From: a bacterium | GTDB taxonomy: Bacteria; J088; JAWLBW01 | Length of the DNA: 64,000 nucleotides | Assembly (NCBI GenBank): GCA_041690355.1 | Contig: JAWLHK010000010.1 | Location: 62,001 to 126,000 of the forward strand | Direction of reading: 5' to 3' | Part shown: positions 61,479-64,000 of the stretch, in pieces | Numbering within the stretch: the first letter of the stretch is position 1 | Layout of the letters: the number at the start of each line of letters is the position of its first letter | Made by a program: the position numbers and the translations under genes | The notes under the pieces: model-generated | Seen by the model: the letters and a program-made list of their open reading frames with translations, nothing else | What the model was told of the DNA's origin: nothing | The model's database searches: none

Positions 61479-61590
61479 AATTGACGATTTACAAATTACG
61501 ATTTACGATTTGCGGTCCACGGGCAGGGCGCTTCACGGCCTTGCTTCGCCCTCGTTGAAATCGTAAATCGTCAATCGTCATTCGTAAATT
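61479..61590. repeat. Inverted pair of ACGATTT-type heptamer arrays
   Basis: Left arm 61479-61511, complementary right arm 61558-61590. Confidence 0.85.
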
Positions 61591-62739
61591 ATGTTGGCGC
61601 ATTTCGACCTCGATTGCTTCTTTGTCGCCGTCGAGCGCATCTACGATCCGCAGCTCCTCGGGAAACCGGTGGCCGTGGGCGGGAGCGCCGAAGGGCGCGG
61701 TGTCATCGCGTCGGCCAGTTACGAGGCGCGGAAACTCGGGGTCCGTTCGGCCATGCCGACGGCGCGCGCGCTCAAGCTATGCCCGCAGCTGATTCTGGTT
61801 CCCGGCCACCATGGCGTCTATCGGAAACACTCGCGCCTCTTCCAGCAGGTCCTGATGGAGTACTCGCCACTCGTCGAGATGGCCTCCATCGACGAAGCGT
61901 ATGTGGACTTCACGGGAACGGAGAAGCTCTTCGGACCCGCGCCGCACGTGGCCGCGACCATCGTCGACCGGGTGCGCAGCGAGCTGAACCTCGACGTGTC
62001 GCTGGGACTCAGCACGTCGCGCATCGTCAGCAAGATTGCCGGCGCCCTCGGCAAGCCGCAGGGGTTCGTCGTCGTCGAGCCGGGCAAGGAGGCCGAGTTC
62101 CTCGCGCCGCTGTCCATCGACGACATGCCGGGCATCGGTCCGCGCACGGCCGAGGCGATGCGCGCCGACGGCATTCTGACGCTCGGTGACCTGGGCAAGG
62201 TTCCCCCCTCGAGCCGCTGGGCAGAATGGGCCCCCTACGCGCGCGGCGAGGTGCGTGGCGTCGTGGGAATCGAGGAGGAGCGGAAGGGACTGTCGGTGGA
62301 GACCACCTTCCGCCATGACCTGGCCGCCGGAGAGAATCTCTGGCATCTCCTGCGCGAAGTGGCCGAAGAGGCGGGGAGGCGCATGCGGCGCGAAGGCCTG
62401 CTCGCCCGCACCGTGGGCGTCAAGCTCAAGTATGCGGACTTCACGCAGCAGACGGCGGCGCGCACGCTGGATCGGCCGACCGACATCGACCGCGAGATTT
62501 ACGACATTGCCCTCGAGCTGGCGCAGGCGCGCGTGGGGATCCGCAAGCTGCGTCTGATCGGCGTGCAGCTGAGCCACCTGACGGAATCGGAGTCGACCGA
62601 GCCGCAGCTGACTCTCTTCCAGGCGCCGGACGACGGCGCGCGCAAGAAGCTGCGGAATCTTGACCGCACGCTCGACAAGCTGCGCGGCCGGTACGGCGAC
62701 AACGTGGCGTGGGGGTACAAGAAGCGGGAGGAGGAATGA
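61591..62739 (+). CDS. dinB: DNA polymerase IV (Y family)
   Basis: HFDLDCFF, SYEAR, SIDEAY, KPQG and PGIG. Confidence 0.95.
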   Translation: MLAHFDLDCFFVAVERIYDPQLLGKPVAVGGSAEGRGVIASASYEARKLGVRSAMPTARALKLCPQLILVPGHHGVYRKHSRLFQQVLMEYSPLVEMASIDEAYVDFTGTEKLFGPAPHVAATIVDRVRSELNLDVSLGLSTSRIVSKIAGALGKPQGFVVVEPGKEAEFLAPLSIDDMPGIGPRTAEAMRADGILTLGDLGKVPPSSRWAEWAPYARGEVRGVVGIEEERKGLSVETTFRHDLAAGENLWHLLREVAEEAGRRMRREGLLARTVGVKLKYADFTQQTAARTLDRPTDIDREIYDIALELAQARVGIRKLRLIGVQLSHLTESESTEPQLTLFQAPDDGARKKLRNLDRTLDKLRGRYGDNVAWGYKKREEE

Positions 62740-62770
62740 CCACCTCCCCCGCGGCGCTATGGCGCCGTCG

Positions 62771-62861
62771 CCCCTCCTCCTCCAGCGAGGAGGAGGGGTT
62801 TCGTGCAACGAGGCCTGCGTACTTGTCGCTAAGGAATCAGGAATCAGGCATCAGGAATGGC
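62771..62861. repeat. REP-like hairpin plus CAGGAAT heptamer array between convergent genes
   Basis: cccctcctcct-ccagcg-aggaggagggg (62771-62798); aaggaat caggaat caggcat caggaat ggc (62831-62861). Confidence 0.8.
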
Positions 62862-62878
62862 GCAGTAACGCTGTCGCG

Positions 62879-63766
62879 TTACTGCGCCTTCGGCAGCTTT
62901 TCGGGCTGCGCCAAGGCGCGGATGACCTCTTCGATCTGCTGGGTCATCTGCTCCTTGTACTCCGGTGGCGTGACTTCGAGGAGCTTCGCCCACGTGGCCT
63001 TGGCCCCTTCGATCTCGCCGCGGTGAATCTGCAGCATGCCCGTGAACCAGAGGGCGTCGGGATTGACCGGGTCATCCTTGAGAATGCCGTCAAAGATCTT
63101 TGTCGCATTCTCGACCTGGTTCAGGCGGAGGGTCGAGACGCCGAGGCCGACCCGTGCATCCATGTTCGACGGGTCGAGTTCCAGTGCCTTCTTGTAGGCC
63201 TTGACCGCATCGTCAAAGCGCTCCATGACCATGTACGAACGGCCGAGCATGGCCTGGCCGCGCGGATCGTCGGGGTTTTCGCGCAGGCGCTCTTCCAGAC
63301 GGGCGACCATCTTCGCCGGGTCGGGCTGGCCGTCGGCGCCCATGACGGGGGCCTGGCCGCCTTCGCCGTGACCCGCCGCACTCTGCGGTCCCGCATGCAT
63401 CCAGCCGCCCTTGTAGAGATAGACCCCTGCGGCGACGTTCGCCGTGAGCAGCAGGAGAAAGGCGGCAACGGCCACGCGCAGGCGCTTCCGATCCGCGCTG
63501 TCGTTCTCGGGAAGCGCCTTCAACTTCTTCTCTTCTTCGAGCAGCGCGAGGGCGTCGGTTTCGAGGGACTTGTGCTGCGCCAGATACTCCTCTTCTCCGA
63601 TTTCGCCGTCCTTGCGCAGCTGTGCGAGGGCGGCGAGCTGATCGGCCACTTCGGACTTGCGCGCCTGCACCGCGCGAAGCACCGAGGGGGTGCCCCGGCC
63701 GAAGAGGGGAAGGAAGACCATCAACAGAACGGCTGCGACCAGCGCGGCGCCGGCAATCCAAATCAT
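62879..63766 (-). CDS. ccmI: Cytochrome c biogenesis TPR protein CcmI/CycH-like
   Basis: Two TM helices, MVARLEERLRENPDD..LGRSY and TPR repeats; follows a ccmH-like ORF. Confidence 0.8.
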   Translation of the reverse strand: MIWIAGAALVAAVLLMVFLPLFGRGTPSVLRAVQARKSEVADQLAALAQLRKDGEIGEEEYLAQHKSLETDALALLEEEKKLKALPENDSADRKRLRVAVAAFLLLLTANVAAGVYLYKGGWMHAGPQSAAGHGEGGQAPVMGADGQPDPAKMVARLEERLRENPDDPRGQAMLGRSYMVMERFDDAVKAYKKALELDPSNMDARVGLGVSTLRLNQVENATKIFDGILKDDPVNPDALWFTGMLQIHRGEIEGAKATWAKLLEVTPPEYKEQMTQQIEEVIRALAQPEKLPKAQ

Positions 63767-64000
63767 GACTTCTCCTGCGATGAGGCGGCCGGCGAGCGCA
63801 GCGCCTCGATAAGACGATCGGTTTCTTCAAAAGGAACGTCGATGACGTCGTCCTCCGGAGCCTGGCGGGCCGCCGCCGGGGACGCGCCGCGGCGCATGCG
63901 CAGCACGAGGGCGACGAGCCCGGCGACGAGGAGCACGAACGGAAGCATCCAGAGCACCCAGTTCCACCCCTGCTTGCGCGGTTCCATCAGAATGTAATCT
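63763..64000 (-). CDS. ccmH: CcmH/CycL C-terminal part (truncated by the window end)
   Basis: DYILMEPRKQGWNWVLWMLP resembles the CcmH P...N..LW..P motif. Confidence 0.7.
   Translation of the reverse strand, partial: DYILMEPRKQGWNWVLWMLPFVLLVAGLVALVLRMRRGASPAAARQAPEDDVIDVPFEETDRLIEALRSPAASSQEKS

Overview
High-GC bacterial chromosome segment; the gene content suggests a deltaproteobacterial or Myxococcota-like organism (inference). It contains dnaA-dnaN-recF on the minus strand, with a probable oriC between dnaA and dnaN. The usual gyrB and rpmH neighbours are missing, and rsmG lies about 41 kb from mnmG. Housekeeping genes include mnmG (partial), engB, glmS, nadE, rng, rsmG, suhB, queC/queE, dinB and ccmH/ccmI. 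There is also a five-gene mevalonate operon lacking HMG-CoA synthase, fatty-acid catabolism genes, a Clp ATPase with non-canonical pore loops, DegP/Q, a JAB-DinG fusion and a large RCC1-repeat lipoprotein. The most unusual region is a 2.2-kb accessory island (31.8-34.0 kb) bracketed by inverted heptamer arrays. It holds an AT-rich orphan Rhs toxin tip with a probable immunity gene, a ~300-bp self-complementary element carrying XerD-arm-like and XerC-arm-like palindromes, and a RelE/HigB-type toxin-antitoxin pair. Across the window, several heptamer-repeat families and REP-like elements recur, and many genes look leaderless. All calls come from reading the sequence and ORF translations; no database search was run.
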